A stretch of 64,000 bases of DNA from Lysobacteraceae bacterium (GTDB lineage Bacteria; Pseudomonadota; Gammaproteobacteria; Xanthomonadales; Xanthomonadaceae): positions 8,252 through 72,251 of the forward strand of contig JBAYTD010000001.1 of NCBI GenBank assembly GCA_041675805.1, given 5' to 3'. Position numbers and translations under genes: made by a program. Under the pieces are notes generated by a model. It saw nothing but the letters and a program-made list of their open reading frames with translations, had not been told where the DNA came from and did no database searches. The first letter of the stretch is position 1, and each line of letters opens with the position of its first letter. Below, one piece after another: positions 9,598 through 20,060 of this stretch.

Positions 9598-10018
9598 TCG
9601 GCGCCTGGCCTGATCCAGGTCAGTGCCCGCGTGGCACGAAACATGCTGAGCTTATCCCGCACCCGACCCGGCATCGCGGAAAACCCGCTTGCGGGGCGGC
9701 CGCTGGACCGGACTGAGCAGGGGTCGGTCGCGCGCGGGGCGGGGACGCATGGCGCGAGCCGAGAAAAAAGCCGGCGCCCGGGGGTCTTTTGGAACAGGGG
9801 GAATCCAGGGGACCGTATCCGGGCGCCGGACAGCCTTGAATGAGGGTGCTGTCGCAACGGCGATCAGGCGTGCTTTGTCAAAAAGCGTCACATCGCGTCA
9901 GTGTCGACAGCATGCCCACCCGACATGCTGCTACGCAAGTGCAGTGTTGCCAAACCGTGACGCAACGCGCGCCGCCATGGGTCTGACGGCGCGCTGGCAG
10001 CAGCGCAATGGATCAGGC

Positions 10019-11515
10019 TCAGCGGCCGCGCGAACGCTCGCTGCGCGAACTGCTGCTGCGATCATCGGACGAAGACGACTCGCGCACCGCGCCGCGCGAG
10101 GATTCGCGTGATTCGCTGCGTGACTCGCGCGCCGGGGCCGGCTGCGGCGCGGATCGGACCGGAGCCTGCTGGCTCGGCGCGCTGCGCTGCGGTGCCTGGT
10201 AGCTGCGCGGCGCGACGCTTTCGCTGCGCGGCGCGCTGGTCGCCGGCATCGCCTGGCGCGGTGCCTGCTGCCGGTAGGTCGGCGTGACCGCCTGGCGCGG
10301 TTGCGTCTGCGGCTGCGGGCGCGAGGTGCTGCTCGGCGCGCGGTATGCGGGCGCTTCGCGCTGCGTCTGCACGCGCTCGTAGCGGTCCTGCACCACCGGC
10401 TGCGCCGGCGTGACCGGGCGGCTCTCGATGCTGCGGCTGCGCAGGCTGTCCTGGCGGGTCGATGTCGCCGGCGCACGGGTTGTCGGTGCCGGGGTCACGG
10501 TGGTGGCCGGGCGCGTGGCGTTCGGACGCGAGTAATCGCTGCTCGACGTCACCGTGCCACGGCTCGACTGGCGCGGCAGCGCGTAGCCGCTGCGGTCCGT
10601 GGTTGTGGCGCTGCGCGGGATCGAGCCGCTCTGCGCGCCGCGCGAGGAGGTCGGCGTCACCTCGCGGCTGCCGCGTGGCAGGGTGGTCACGCTGGACGGC
10701 GACTGCCGCACCGGCTGGGCGCTGCGAGTGCTGCCATCGCGCAGCGCGCCGTCGTTGCGATAGCCGAAGCCGCTGACCTGCGGGTCGATGCGGTTGTTGC
10801 GGCTGCCGTAATCGGCCCCGCGCAGGGCTTCCCGGCGGTCGGCCACGCTGCTGCGATTGCGGCTGTCGTAGCGCGTGGTGCGCGAGGAGGGCAGGCCGCC
10901 GTCGCTACGGTTGGCCTGGTTGTACTGACGGTAGTCGCGCTCGTTGCGCAACTGCCGGCTCAGCCACTGCTGCTCGTAGCGCGCATTGCCGTAGCGCGGG
11001 CTGTAGTGGACGTTGGCGTAGGACGGATAGCGCCGGTACCACGGCGTCCAGTCGTAGTAGTGGTCGACCCAGGACAGGCGGTACGGCGAGTAGGCGTAGT
11101 AGCTGCTCCAGCGCGGGCCGTAGTAGCCGCCCGACCAGCTTCCGTACCAGCCACCGACACGGGTGAAGCCGATGCTGAAGTAGTTGCGCGGGTAATAGGT
11201 CACGCCGTAGTAGAAGCCCGGGTGCCAGTACGGGTCCACGTACCAGCGGTTGAGCGGCCAGAACACCGAGTAGTAGTACGGATAGTCGACGTAGTTGGAA
11301 TGGCCGTAGTCGTAGCCGTAGTCGCCGTAGTAGTAATCGCCGCTGTCCTCGTAGGCCGGCGAGTAGTAGGTCGAGCCGTCGACGTGGACCGGGTTGCCGT
11401 ACTCGTCGCGATAGCCGCTGTAGTAGTAGCCATCGTCATAGCGACGGTACTCGGTGGCGGTGACGCAGCCCGAGAGCAGCACGGCGATGGCAGAGAAAGC
11501 AATCCAGCGAAGCAT
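10019..11515 (-). CDS. Tyr/Trp-rich lipoprotein with Ser/Arg/Pro-rich disordered C-terminal half
   Basis: 498 aa from the ATG at 11515 (GGGGGG 6 nt upstream). Lipobox AVLLSGC. The upstream part of the 640-aa track ORF overlaps the neighbouring gene and is excluded. Confidence 0.65.
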   Translation of the reverse strand: MLRWIAFSAIAVLLSGCVTATEYRRYDDGYYYSGYRDEYGNPVHVDGSTYYSPAYEDSGDYYYGDYGYDYGHSNYVDYPYYYSVFWPLNRWYVDPYWHPGFYYGVTYYPRNYFSIGFTRVGGWYGSWSGGYYGPRWSSYYAYSPYRLSWVDHYYDWTPWYRRYPSYANVHYSPRYGNARYEQQWLSRQLRNERDYRQYNQANRSDGGLPSSRTTRYDSRNRSSVADRREALRGADYGSRNNRIDPQVSGFGYRNDGALRDGSTRSAQPVRQSPSSVTTLPRGSREVTPTSSRGAQSGSIPRSATTTDRSGYALPRQSSRGTVTSSSDYSRPNATRPATTVTPAPTTRAPATSTRQDSLRSRSIESRPVTPAQPVVQDRYERVQTQREAPAYRAPSSTSRPQPQTQPRQAVTPTYRQQAPRQAMPATSAPRSESVAPRSYQAPQRSAPSQQAPVRSAPQPAPARESRSESRESSRGAVRESSSSDDRSSSSRSERSRGR

Positions 11516-11600
11516 GGCAAGCCCCCCGGTGAAGTGTGTCTGCACTGTAACGGGAGGCCGTAAATCCGTGCTGAATCCGGCGCTTCCCGTTGCCGTCCCT

Positions 11601-13184
11601 TCAGCCGCCGGTGCCGCGCGGAGCGCTTTCCAGCATGGCGAAGAAGTCGCCCAGGGCGGCGCGCTGCACCGGCGGCATGTACTCGAAGGTGCGGCCGCGG
11701 TCGATGATTTCCCAGAAGTCCTTGTCGTCCACGCGCTCCAGTTCGCTGCGGATGGTGGCGATCCGTTCGGCGTTTTCCTCGTGCATGTCGCGGGCGATGA
11801 TCCGCGCCCGCGCCAGGTCGCCGACGCTGAGCAGGTAGGCGGCCAGCTTGGCCTGTGCCTTGCGCACGCCGAGCAGGGCGCGTTCCTGGCTGCGCAGGCG
11901 CAGCGGGCGGTCCAGTTCGAGGAACAGGTCGAGCATGGCATCGCGCACCGGCGAGTCCAACTCGTGGGCCGACTGGCACAGCGCCGACAGGTCGTAGGCG
12001 ACCGTCTCGACGACGAAGTTCAGCGTCAGGTCGAAGCTGACATGGCTGTAATAGCTCATGTAGCGCACCGCCTCCAGGGCGAAGCGGCCCTGGCCCTGGC
12101 GCAGCATCGCCTGGGCCAGCAGCCGGTACTGGTTGAGCACGTTGTAGGCGGTGCGCACGTCGCGCAGATTGAGCGTGGCGCGCAGGTAGGAGTTCATGTA
12201 GCGAAACACCAGGCGGATCAGTTCCTCGTCCTCGCGCCGCAGCGCCATCTCGCCGATGTAGCGGGTGTCGATGGCGATCAGGTAGTTGATTTCGCGCAGC
12301 GAATTGGACGCTTCGCCGTAGATGCTCAGGTACTGGCGCAGGATCTGCCACTCGACCCAGGTGCGATGCTTTTCCAGGTCGGCCAGCGACTCCGGGTCCA
12401 TGGCGACGAAGTCGGGGTTCTCCGCCAGGCTGCGGCCGATGCGGAACCAGGGGTCGGTCAGCACGTCCTTGCGGGCGATGTAGTCGAGCGCGAAGTCCTT
12501 CAGCGCGTCCACCGCCCGGCTGGCGATGATCTTGTCCTTGTCGGCCACCGAATGGCTGGCGATGTCGGTCAGCTCGGCCATCGCGGCGAGCACCTCGGCC
12601 TGGCGCGCGTCCAGTCGCGCCGCCGGCATGCCGCCGCGGCGGATCACCGCCTCGACGGTGCGCGCGGCGTCGGCACGGATGCGCAGCACCAGGTTGGCCG
12701 GGTCGAGAAACCAGAACACGTAGGCAAAGTAGGGCAGCATCAGCAGCATGCCCAGCGAGGCGGTGACCAGGCCGGTCAGCAGCGCCACCTGTGGCACGAA
12801 GCCCTCCTTCAGCGCCACGCTGAGCCAGACGCCGCTGATGCCGGCGATCACGTAGAAGGCCAGCACCACCCGGTTGATCCAGTCGCGCACGAACATCCGA
12901 GCCACGCCGGAGTGCCGGCTCGAGGACAGTTGCACGATGATCGCCACCACGGTGACGACGATGCCGAGCAGGGCCACCACCACCGGTGCCAGTTGCGAGA
13001 TGGCGTCGGTGATCTTGTCGTCGTCGAAGCCGAGGTAGTGATCCAGCGCGGCGCTGGCTCCGCTGCCGCCGGAACGCAGATGGTCGAGCAGGTAGCCGAC
13101 CCCGAACAGCGCCGTCGCCGCGCCTGCCAGCATGGCCATCGGCAGCAGCCATTGGCGGATCCAGTTCGGACGATAGGTGCTCAT
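11601..13184 (-). CDS. DUF2254-like integral membrane protein
   Basis: 527 aa from the ATG at 13184 (GAGGA 7 nt upstream). Four N-terminal TM helices. IVQLSSSRHSGVARMFVRDWINRVVLAFYV resembles the DUF2254 core, followed by a large soluble domain. Confidence 0.7.
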   Translation of the reverse strand: MSTYRPNWIRQWLLPMAMLAGAATALFGVGYLLDHLRSGGSGASAALDHYLGFDDDKITDAISQLAPVVVALLGIVVTVVAIIVQLSSSRHSGVARMFVRDWINRVVLAFYVIAGISGVWLSVALKEGFVPQVALLTGLVTASLGMLLMLPYFAYVFWFLDPANLVLRIRADAARTVEAVIRRGGMPAARLDARQAEVLAAMAELTDIASHSVADKDKIIASRAVDALKDFALDYIARKDVLTDPWFRIGRSLAENPDFVAMDPESLADLEKHRTWVEWQILRQYLSIYGEASNSLREINYLIAIDTRYIGEMALRREDEELIRLVFRYMNSYLRATLNLRDVRTAYNVLNQYRLLAQAMLRQGQGRFALEAVRYMSYYSHVSFDLTLNFVVETVAYDLSALCQSAHELDSPVRDAMLDLFLELDRPLRLRSQERALLGVRKAQAKLAAYLLSVGDLARARIIARDMHEENAERIATIRSELERVDDKDFWEIIDRGRTFEYMPPVQRAALGDFFAMLESAPRGTGG

Positions 13185-13328
13185 CGCCGCATCCTCGCAC
13201 AGCGCATCGGGCAACGGAACCGCCGCTGCGGACGCGCCGGCAGCACCGCTTGGCGGGACTTTCGGCCCGGGCGGCGGGCGCTGCGCTTGCGACTACAATG
13301 CGCGGTCCTTTCGTTCGAGGGTTTCCGG

Positions 13329-16300
13329 ATGCGCATTCTGAGCTTCCTGCTGCTTGTCCTGGCCGCGACTGCGGCCGATGCGGACAGTCCGACCAAGCTG
13401 CTGCGCTTTCCCGACATCCACGGCGAGCGCGTGGTGTTCGTCCACGCCGGCGATCTGTACATCGCCCCGCTGGCCGGCGGCTCGGCGTTCCGGCTGACCT
13501 CCCATCCCGGCCAGGAGCTGTATCCGAAGTTCAGCCCGGACGGCAACTGGATCGCCTTTTCCGCCGAGTACAACGGCACCCGCCAGGTCCACGTGATCCC
13601 CAGCGGCGGCGGCGAGCCGCGCCAGCTCACCTGGTACAACGATGTCGGCCCGATGCCGCCGCGCGGCGGCACCGACAACCGCGTGCTGGACTGGACGCCC
13701 GATGGCGCGCACATCGCCGTGCGCATGAACCGCACGCCGTGGAGCGAGCGCGACGGCCGGCCTTACCTCGTGCCCTTCGCCGGCGGTCTCGAACAGCCGC
13801 TGGCGATTCCCGAGAGCGGCGGCGGCAGCTTCAGCCCGGACGGCGGCCAGTTCGTCTACACGCCGATCGACCGCGACTTCCGCAACTGGAAGCGCTATCG
13901 CGGCGGCCGCGCCCAGGACGTGTGGATCTACGACCTGAATGCCGACGTCTCGCGCCGGCTCACCGATCATCGCGCCACCGACCACCAGCCAATGTGGCTG
14001 GACGACACCATCTACTTCGTCTCCGACCGCGACTACACGCTCAACCTCTACGCCATCTCCCCCGCTGGCGGCGAGCCGCGCAAGCTGACCGACTTCAGCG
14101 ACTTCGACGTGCTCTGGCCGAGCGCCGGCCCCGGCGGCATCGTGTTCGAGAAGGGCGGGTCGATCTGGCATTACTCGCCGGCCGACGGTGCGACCCGGGA
14201 GATCCCGATCCGGGTCCAGGGCGACTGGCCGGAAACCCTGCCGCGCTTCGTCGAGGGGCGGCGCTTCATCGACTCCTTCGACATCGCCCCCGGCGGCGAG
14301 CGTGCCGTGTTCGGTGCCCGCGGCGAAGTGTTCACCGTGCCGGCCAGACACGGCGAAATCCGCCAGCTCGCCCACACCCCGGACGCCCGCGAGCACAGCG
14401 TGAGCTGGTCGCCGGACGGCAAGTGGATCGCCTACCTGTCCGACGCCAGCGGCGAATACGAAATCTACCTGCGGGCGCAGGACGGCAGTGGCGTCGAGCG
14501 CCGCATCACCAATGATGGCGACACCTGGCGCATGCCGCCGACCTGGTCGCCCGACTCCAGCCGCCTGGCCTACACCGACACCCGCAACCGCCTGCGCATC
14601 GTCGAGGTCGCCAGCGGCCGCACCATCGACGCCGACCGCGCCCTGCACGAAGCCTTCGACGGCCACGTCTGGTCGCCGGACAGCCGCTGGCTGGCCTACG
14701 CCAAGACCAATGCCAGCCGCAACAGCGCGATCTGGCTGTACTCGCTGGACAGCGGTCGCGCCCGGCAACTGACCGGCGACGAGACGGTCGACTTCGCCCC
14801 GGCCTTCGATCCGCAGGGCCGCTATCTGTATTTCCTCTCCAACCGCGACCACGCGCTGACCTTCAGCGCCTACGAGTTCAATTACCTCTACACCAACGCC
14901 ACCCGCGTCTATGCCGCCACCCTGGCCGCCGACGGGCCGGCCCTGCTGCGGCCGAAGTCCGACGAGGTCGGGGCCGCCGCCGACAAGGCGCAGGGCAAGG
15001 ACAAGGCCAAGCCGGATGGCAAGGCGACGCCGGTGCCGCGCCTGCGCATCGACCTGCCCGGCTTCGAGCAGCGGGTGGTCGCCCTGCCGGCGCCGGCCGG
15101 CAACTACGCCGCGCTCGGCGCCGATGCCGACGGCGTCTTCTATCTGTCGAACAGCGGCGGTGGCAACGAGCTGACCTTCCTCGGCCTCGACGCCGAGGCA
15201 CCGGAAGCGGTCGCCCGCGTGCAGGGCTACCGGCTGTCCGCCGACGGCAAGAAGCTGCTGCTGCAACGCGGCTTCGACTTCGCCATCGTCGACGCCAAGC
15301 CGAAGGCGGATTTCGATGCCGGCAAGCTGGACCTGGCCGGCATGGAAGTGCGCATCGAGCCGCGCCGCGAATGGAAGCAACTGTTCGTCGACGGCTGGCG
15401 CGTGCTGCGCGACTGGTTCTACGACGAGGGCATGCACGGGCAGGACTGGAACGCCCTGCGCGCCCGCTACGAGCCGCTGGTCGAACACGTCGCCAGCCGC
15501 GCCGACCTCGACTATCTGTTGCAGGAACTCGGCGGCGAAGCCAATGCCGGTCACGTCTACGTCGAAGCCGGCGATCAGGCGAAAGTGCCGCGCAAGCCCG
15601 GCGGCCTGCTCGGTGCCGACCTGCAACCGCACGCCAGCGGCTACTGGCGCATCGCCCGCATTTACGCCGGCGAAAACTGGGATCCGACGCGCCGCTCGCC
15701 GTTGACCGAGCCTGGCGTCGAGGTGAAGGAAGGCGACCTGCTGCTGAGCATCGACGGCGTCAGCACGCGCGGCGTCGACAACATCTATCGGCTGCTGGAG
15801 AACAAGGCCGACAAGGTGGTCGCGCTGGGCCTCGCGGCGAGCGCCGATCCGTCCGCCGCGCGCAGCGTGCGGGTGAAGACGATCAGCTCCGAGCTGTCGC
15901 TGCGCTACCTCGACCGCGTCCGCTACAACCAGCGCCGCGTCGACGAGCTGTCCGGCGGGCGGATCGGCTACATCCACCTGCCCAACACCGCCGTCGACGG
16001 CAACCGCGAGCTGTCGCGCGGCATGCTGGCCTACGCCGCGCGCGAGGCGCTGATCATCGATGATCGCTACAACGGCGGCGGCTTCATCCCCGACCGGATG
16101 ATCGAAATCCTCGCCCGCAAGCCGCTCAACTACTGGAAGCGCCGCGGCCTGGAGCCCTACGCCACGCCGCTGCTGTCGCATCTCGGCCCGAAGGCGATGC
16201 TGATCAACGGCCTGTCCAGTTCCGGTGGCGACGCCCTGCCGTACTACTTCCGCAAACTCGGCCTGGGGCCGCTGATCGGCACCCGCACCTGGGGCGGGCT

Positions 16301-16568
16301 GATCGGCATCAGCGGTGCGCCGATGCTGGTCGATGGCGGCCGCGTGCTGCCGGCGACCTTCCGCTTCCTCGACACCGATGGCCGCTGGGCGGTGGAGAAC
16401 GAGGGCGTGGCCCCGGACATCGAGGTGATCGACCGCCCCGAACTGATCGCCGCCGGCCGCGATCCCAGCCTGGAGGCCGCCGTCGCCCACCTGCTGCGCG
16501 AACTGGAAAAGAATCCGCCGCGCGCGCCCACCGCGCCGCCCGCGCCGACCGATTTCCCGCCGCACTGA
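13329..16568 (+). CDS. tricorn protease homolog (peptidase S41B) with signal peptide
   Basis: 1079 aa from the ATG at 13329 (GAGGG upstream). Reads [27 protein letters not shown]...[15 protein letters not shown] (beta-propeller repeats), a PDZ-like segment and a C-terminal S41 catalytic region ([14 protein letters not shown]...TWGGLIGI). Confidence 0.85.
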   Translation: MRILSFLLLVLAATAADADSPTKLLRFPDIHGERVVFVHAGDLYIAPLAGGSAFRLTSHPGQELYPKFSPDGNWIAFSAEYNGTRQVHVIPSGGGEPRQLTWYNDVGPMPPRGGTDNRVLDWTPDGAHIAVRMNRTPWSERDGRPYLVPFAGGLEQPLAIPESGGGSFSPDGGQFVYTPIDRDFRNWKRYRGGRAQDVWIYDLNADVSRRLTDHRATDHQPMWLDDTIYFVSDRDYTLNLYAISPAGGEPRKLTDFSDFDVLWPSAGPGGIVFEKGGSIWHYSPADGATREIPIRVQGDWPETLPRFVEGRRFIDSFDIAPGGERAVFGARGEVFTVPARHGEIRQLAHTPDAREHSVSWSPDGKWIAYLSDASGEYEIYLRAQDGSGVERRITNDGDTWRMPPTWSPDSSRLAYTDTRNRLRIVEVASGRTIDADRALHEAFDGHVWSPDSRWLAYAKTNASRNSAIWLYSLDSGRARQLTGDETVDFAPAFDPQGRYLYFLSNRDHALTFSAYEFNYLYTNATRVYAATLAADGPALLRPKSDEVGAAADKAQGKDKAKPDGKATPVPRLRIDLPGFEQRVVALPAPAGNYAALGADADGVFYLSNSGGGNELTFLGLDAEAPEAVARVQGYRLSADGKKLLLQRGFDFAIVDAKPKADFDAGKLDLAGMEVRIEPRREWKQLFVDGWRVLRDWFYDEGMHGQDWNALRARYEPLVEHVASRADLDYLLQELGGEANAGHVYVEAGDQAKVPRKPGGLLGADLQPHASGYWRIARIYAGENWDPTRRSPLTEPGVEVKEGDLLLSIDGVSTRGVDNIYRLLENKADKVVALGLAASADPSAARSVRVKTISSELSLRYLDRVRYNQRRVDELSGGRIGYIHLPNTAVDGNRELSRGMLAYAAREALIIDDRYNGGGFIPDRMIEILARKPLNYWKRRGLEPYATPLLSHLGPKAMLINGLSSSGGDALPYYFRKLGLGPLIGTRTWGGLIGISGAPMLVDGGRVLPATFRFLDTDGRWAVENEGVAPDIEVIDRPELIAAGRDPSLEAAVAHLLRELEKNPPRAPTAPPAPTDFPPH

Positions 16569-16578
16569 AGCGCGCCGC

Positions 16579-16610
16579 GCCGGCCGTCCCGCCAGTGCGG
16601 GCCGGCCGGC
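16579..16610 (+). terminator. GC-rich hairpin downstream of the tricorn gene (possible intrinsic terminator)
   Basis: Arm 16579-16592 pairs with arm 16597-16610 in 13 bp (8 + 5) with one mismatch (t16587/c16602), around loop CAGT (16593-16596). It is followed only by a weak CTTT tract. Confidence 0.35.
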
Positions 16611-16678
16611 GGTGGCCTTTCCCCGTCGCGACCCGGACAATACGCGCCCGGAAGCCTGTCCCCTGTCCGGAGCCCGCC

Positions 16679-17683
16679 GTGTCGAACGTCTCGCTTAGCC
16701 GTTTCCTGATCGAAGAACAGCGCAAGAAGGCGGACATCACTGCCGATCTGCGCCTGCTGATCGAGGTCGTCGCCCGCGCCTGCAAGGCCATCTCGATCGC
16801 CATCGGCAAGGGCGAACTGGGCAATGTGCTCGGCAACGCCGGCTCCATCAACGTGCAGGGCGAGGCGCAGAAGAAGCTCGACGTGCTGTCCAACGACATC
16901 CTGCTCGAAGCCAACGAGTGGGGCGGCCACCTGGCCGCGCTGGCCTCGGAGGAGATGGACGATCCGCACCTGATCCCCAATCGCTATCCGAAGGGCAACT
17001 ACCTGCTGGTGTTCGATCCGCTCGATGGCAGTTCCAACATCGATGTCAACGTCTCCGTCGGCACCATCTTCTCGGTGCTGCGCTGCCCGGACGGCGTCGG
17101 CGAGCCGAGTGCCGAGCATTTCCTGCAACCGGGCGTCAGCCAGGTTGCCGCCGGTTACACCGTGTACGGACCGAGCACCGTGCTGGTGCTGACCCTGGGC
17201 GACGGCGTGCACCAGTTCACCTTGGACCGCGAAGTCGGCAGTTTCGTGCTCACCCGCAGCGACCTGCGCATCCCCGAGGACACCTCGGAGTTCGCCATCA
17301 ACGCCAGCAACCAGCGCCATTGGGAGCCGCCGGTGCAGCGCTACATCGACGAACTGCTGGCCGGCAAGGCGGGTCCGCGCGGGCGCGACTTCAACATGCG
17401 CTGGGTCGCCTCGATGGTGGCCGACGTACACCGCATCATCACCCGTGGCGGCCTGTTCATGTATCCGCTGGACGCCAAGTGCCGCGCCCAGGGCGGCAAG
17501 CTGCGCCTGCTCTACGAGGCCAATCCGATGGGCTTCATCGTCGAGCAGGCCGGCGGTGCGGCGAGCACCGGGCGCGAGCGCATCCTCGACGTGCAGCCCA
17601 GTTCGCTGCACCAGCGCGTGCCGGTGATCCTCGGCTCGAAGAACGAGGTCGAGCGCGTCGCCGCCTTCCACCGCGAGGCCTGA
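16679..17683 (+). CDS. fbp: fructose-1,6-bisphosphatase class 1
   Basis: 334 aa from the GTG at 16679 (GGAG 6 nt upstream). [11 protein letters not shown]..., [33 protein letters not shown] and the rest are collinear with class I FBPase. Confidence 0.9.
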   Translation: MSNVSLSRFLIEEQRKKADITADLRLLIEVVARACKAISIAIGKGELGNVLGNAGSINVQGEAQKKLDVLSNDILLEANEWGGHLAALASEEMDDPHLIPNRYPKGNYLLVFDPLDGSSNIDVNVSVGTIFSVLRCPDGVGEPSAEHFLQPGVSQVAAGYTVYGPSTVLVLTLGDGVHQFTLDREVGSFVLTRSDLRIPEDTSEFAINASNQRHWEPPVQRYIDELLAGKAGPRGRDFNMRWVASMVADVHRIITRGGLFMYPLDAKCRAQGGKLRLLYEANPMGFIVEQAGGAASTGRERILDVQPSSLHQRVPVILGSKNEVERVAAFHREA

Positions 17684-17800
17684 GGATCGCGGTCGCGGCG
17701 ATCAGGCATCGAGTGCGTCTATCGCCGCGATGCGATCAATTGATTGGCTTTGTTGAGAACGATTCGCAACAATGATGTCGCTTGCAAAGGAGTCGACATC

Positions 17801-18040
17801 ATGGCCAAAACCCTCAGCTTCGCCGCCGTCCACATGGCCGTCGCCTTCGGCGTCGGCTATGCCTTCACCGGCGATGTCCGCGTCGGCGGCGCGCTGGCCC
17901 TGGTCGAGCCGTTCTGCAACACCATCGCCTATCACTTCCACGAGAAAGTGTGGAAGCGCATCGAACGCTCGCGCGACGGCGAGCGGAATTCGTCTCACTT
18001 GCGGCGCGGCAGGTACAAGTCGGTGATCGTGCCCTCGTAG
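17801..18040 (+). CDS. DUF2061 small membrane protein
   Basis: 79 aa from the ATG at 17801 (AAAGGAG upstream). AKTLSFAAVHMAVAFGVGYAFTG...VEPFCNTIAYHFHEKVWKR matches the DUF2061 pattern. The 3' end overlaps the convergent lpd 3' end by 46 nt. Confidence 0.6.
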   Translation: MAKTLSFAAVHMAVAFGVGYAFTGDVRVGGALALVEPFCNTIAYHFHEKVWKRIERSRDGERNSSHLRRGRYKSVIVPS

Positions 18041-19800
18041 ACCTCGGCGGCCATCGCCACCGTCTCGCCCAAGGTCGGGTGCGGGTGGATGGTGTGGCCG
18101 ATGTCGGCGGCCTCGCAGCCCATCTCGATGGCCAGGGCGAGTTCGGAAATCAGCTCGCCGGCATGCACGCCGACGATGCCGGCGCCGATGATGCGATGGG
18201 TCGCTTCGTCGAAAATCAGCTTGGTGCTGCCCTCGGTGCGGCCGATGCCGATGGCGCGGCCGCTGGCCGCCCACGGGAACTTGCCGACGCCGACTTTCAG
18301 CCCCTTGGCCCTGGCCTCGTTTTCGGTGACGCCGACCCAGGCGATTTCCGGACTGGTGTAGGCCACCGACGGAATCACCCGCGCCACCCATTCCTTCTTT
18401 TCGCCGGCGGCCACTTCGGCGGCCAGCTTGCCCTCGTGGGTTGCCTTGTGCGCCAGCATCGGATTGCCGACGATGTCGCCGATGGCGAAGATGTGCGGGA
18501 CGTTGCTGCGCATCTGCGCGTCGACCGGGATGAAGCCGCGCTCGCTGACCTGCACACCGGCCTTGTCGGCGTCGATCTTCCTGCCATTGGGCGCGCGGCC
18601 GACGGCGACCAGCACGCGGTCCCAGGTGCCCGATTCCAGCGCCGGTTTCTGGCCTTCGGCGGCCGATTCGAAGGTCACGGTGATGCCTTTTTTCTCCGCC
18701 TTCACGCCGGCCGCCTTGGTCTTCAGGTGGACCTCGACGCCCTGCTTCTTCAGCCGATCTGCCAGCGGCTTGACCAGGTCCTTGTCGGCCCCCGGCATCA
18801 ACTGGTCCATGAACTCGACCACGGTGACCTTCGCCCCCAGCGCGGCGTAGACCGTCGCCATCTCCAGGCCGATGATGCCGCCGCCGACCACCAGCAGTTT
18901 CTTCGGCACCTCGGCCAGTTCCAGCGCGTCGGTGGAGTCCATCACCCGCTGGTCGTCCCAGGGGAAATTGGGCAGCTTCACCGCCTGCGAACCGGCGGCG
19001 ATGATGCACTGCTCGAAGCGCAGCAGTTGCGTCTTGCCGTCATCGCCGGTGATTTCCAGTTCGTGCGGGGAAACAAAGCGGCCACTGCCCTGCACGGTGC
19101 GCACCTTGCGCTGCTTGGCCATGCCGGCCAGACCCTTGGTCAGTTGGCCGACGACCTTTTCCTTGTAATCGCGCAGCTTGTCCAGATGGATCTTCGGTGC
19201 CGGAAACTCGATGCCGCACTCGCCGGCGTGAGCGGCTTCCTCGATGATCGCCGCCGAATGCAGCAGCGCCTTGGACGGAATGCAGCCGACGTTGAGGCAG
19301 ACGCCGCCGAGCCGCGGGTAACGCTCGACCAGCACGGTGTCGAGGCCGAGGTCGGCGGCGCGGAAGGCGGCGGTGTAGCCGCCGGGGCCGGCACCGAGCA
19401 CCACGAGGCGACATTCGATATCGGCTGTCCGTCCGCTGGCCGACTGTGCGGCGGGCGCGGGCGTGGCGCTGGCCGGGGCCGCAGTCTGCGCCGGTGCCTG
19501 TTTCGCTGCCGGCGGCGCGCTGGCGGCGGGCGGCTGTTCCTTGGCCGGCGCGGCGGCGTCCTCGCTTTCCAGCACGGCGATCACGCTGCCCTCGGACACC
19601 TTGTCGCCGACGCCGACCTTGAGTTCCTTCACCACGCCGGCGGCCGAGGCCGGTACTTCCATCGTCGCCTTGTCCGACTCCAGCGTCAGCAGTCCCTGAT
19701 CCTTCTTCACCCGGTCGCCGGGCGCGACCAGCAGTTCGATGACCGGGATGTCGGCGAAGCCGCCGATGTCGGGAACCTTGATGTCGATCAGCGTGGCCAT
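17995..19800 (-). CDS. lpdA: dihydrolipoyl dehydrogenase (E3) with N-terminal lipoyl domain
   Basis: 601 aa from the ATG at 19800 (AGAGGAGA upstream). Lipoyl domain ([11 protein letters not shown]), Ala/Pro linker, then GAGPGGYTAAF...GGVCLNVGCIPSKALL redox-active disulfide and an FAD/NAD fold. Confidence 0.9.
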   Translation of the reverse strand: MATLIDIKVPDIGGFADIPVIELLVAPGDRVKKDQGLLTLESDKATMEVPASAAGVVKELKVGVGDKVSEGSVIAVLESEDAAAPAKEQPPAASAPPAAKQAPAQTAAPASATPAPAAQSASGRTADIECRLVVLGAGPGGYTAAFRAADLGLDTVLVERYPRLGGVCLNVGCIPSKALLHSAAIIEEAAHAGECGIEFPAPKIHLDKLRDYKEKVVGQLTKGLAGMAKQRKVRTVQGSGRFVSPHELEITGDDGKTQLLRFEQCIIAAGSQAVKLPNFPWDDQRVMDSTDALELAEVPKKLLVVGGGIIGLEMATVYAALGAKVTVVEFMDQLMPGADKDLVKPLADRLKKQGVEVHLKTKAAGVKAEKKGITVTFESAAEGQKPALESGTWDRVLVAVGRAPNGRKIDADKAGVQVSERGFIPVDAQMRSNVPHIFAIGDIVGNPMLAHKATHEGKLAAEVAAGEKKEWVARVIPSVAYTSPEIAWVGVTENEARAKGLKVGVGKFPWAASGRAIGIGRTEGSTKLIFDEATHRIIGAGIVGVHAGELISELALAIEMGCEAADIGHTIHPHPTLGETVAMAAEVYEGTITDLYLPRRK

Positions 19801-19813
19801 CGGCGCATCTCCT

Positions 19814-20035
19814 CTAAAGGGCGTTCGGGGCGCAATCGGCCCATTGTCGGTACAGGTCGGGGCGGCGGTCGGCGCTGAGCAGTTGCCGGGTGAACGGTTC
19901 CGGCAGCAGCACCTGGTCGCAGTCGTAATCCGCAGCGACGCGGACGTAGTCCTCGACCTGCGCCGCAAAGGCATCGAAACCGTCCGCCCGGCGCTGCGGA
20001 TACTGCACGCAGGCGATGCGCACGCGTTCGCTCAT
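19814..20035 (-). pseudogene. possible remnant of a carbon-nitrogen hydrolase (nitrilase superfamily) N-terminus
   Basis: 73 codons filling the aceF-lpd spacer. MSERVRIACVQYPQRR...FAAQVEDYVRVAADYDCDQVLLPEPFT resembles the first strand-helix-strand of C-N hydrolases, up to the catalytic-Glu LPE motif. It then stops 14 nt before lpd. Confidence 0.3.
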
Positions 20036-20060
20036 CCGGTCGCCTCCCTCGCCTGCCCGG

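Noticed and set aside
9631-10111. Track ORFs 9631-9843 and 9689-10111 (plus strand) in the orphan spacer.
   Set aside because: Their products are Arg/Gly-rich with no RBS. The first would start inside the putative promoter motif. The second runs antisense into the lipoprotein gene.
13293-16640. 1115-aa minus-strand ORF. The 11454-13328 upstream part of the 1704-aa plus-strand ORF falls in the same category.
   Set aside because: The first is antisense to the tricorn protease gene. The upstream extension of the plus ORF is antisense to the DUF2254 gene and lacks an RBS. The real tricorn start, with signal peptide and RBS, is at 13329.
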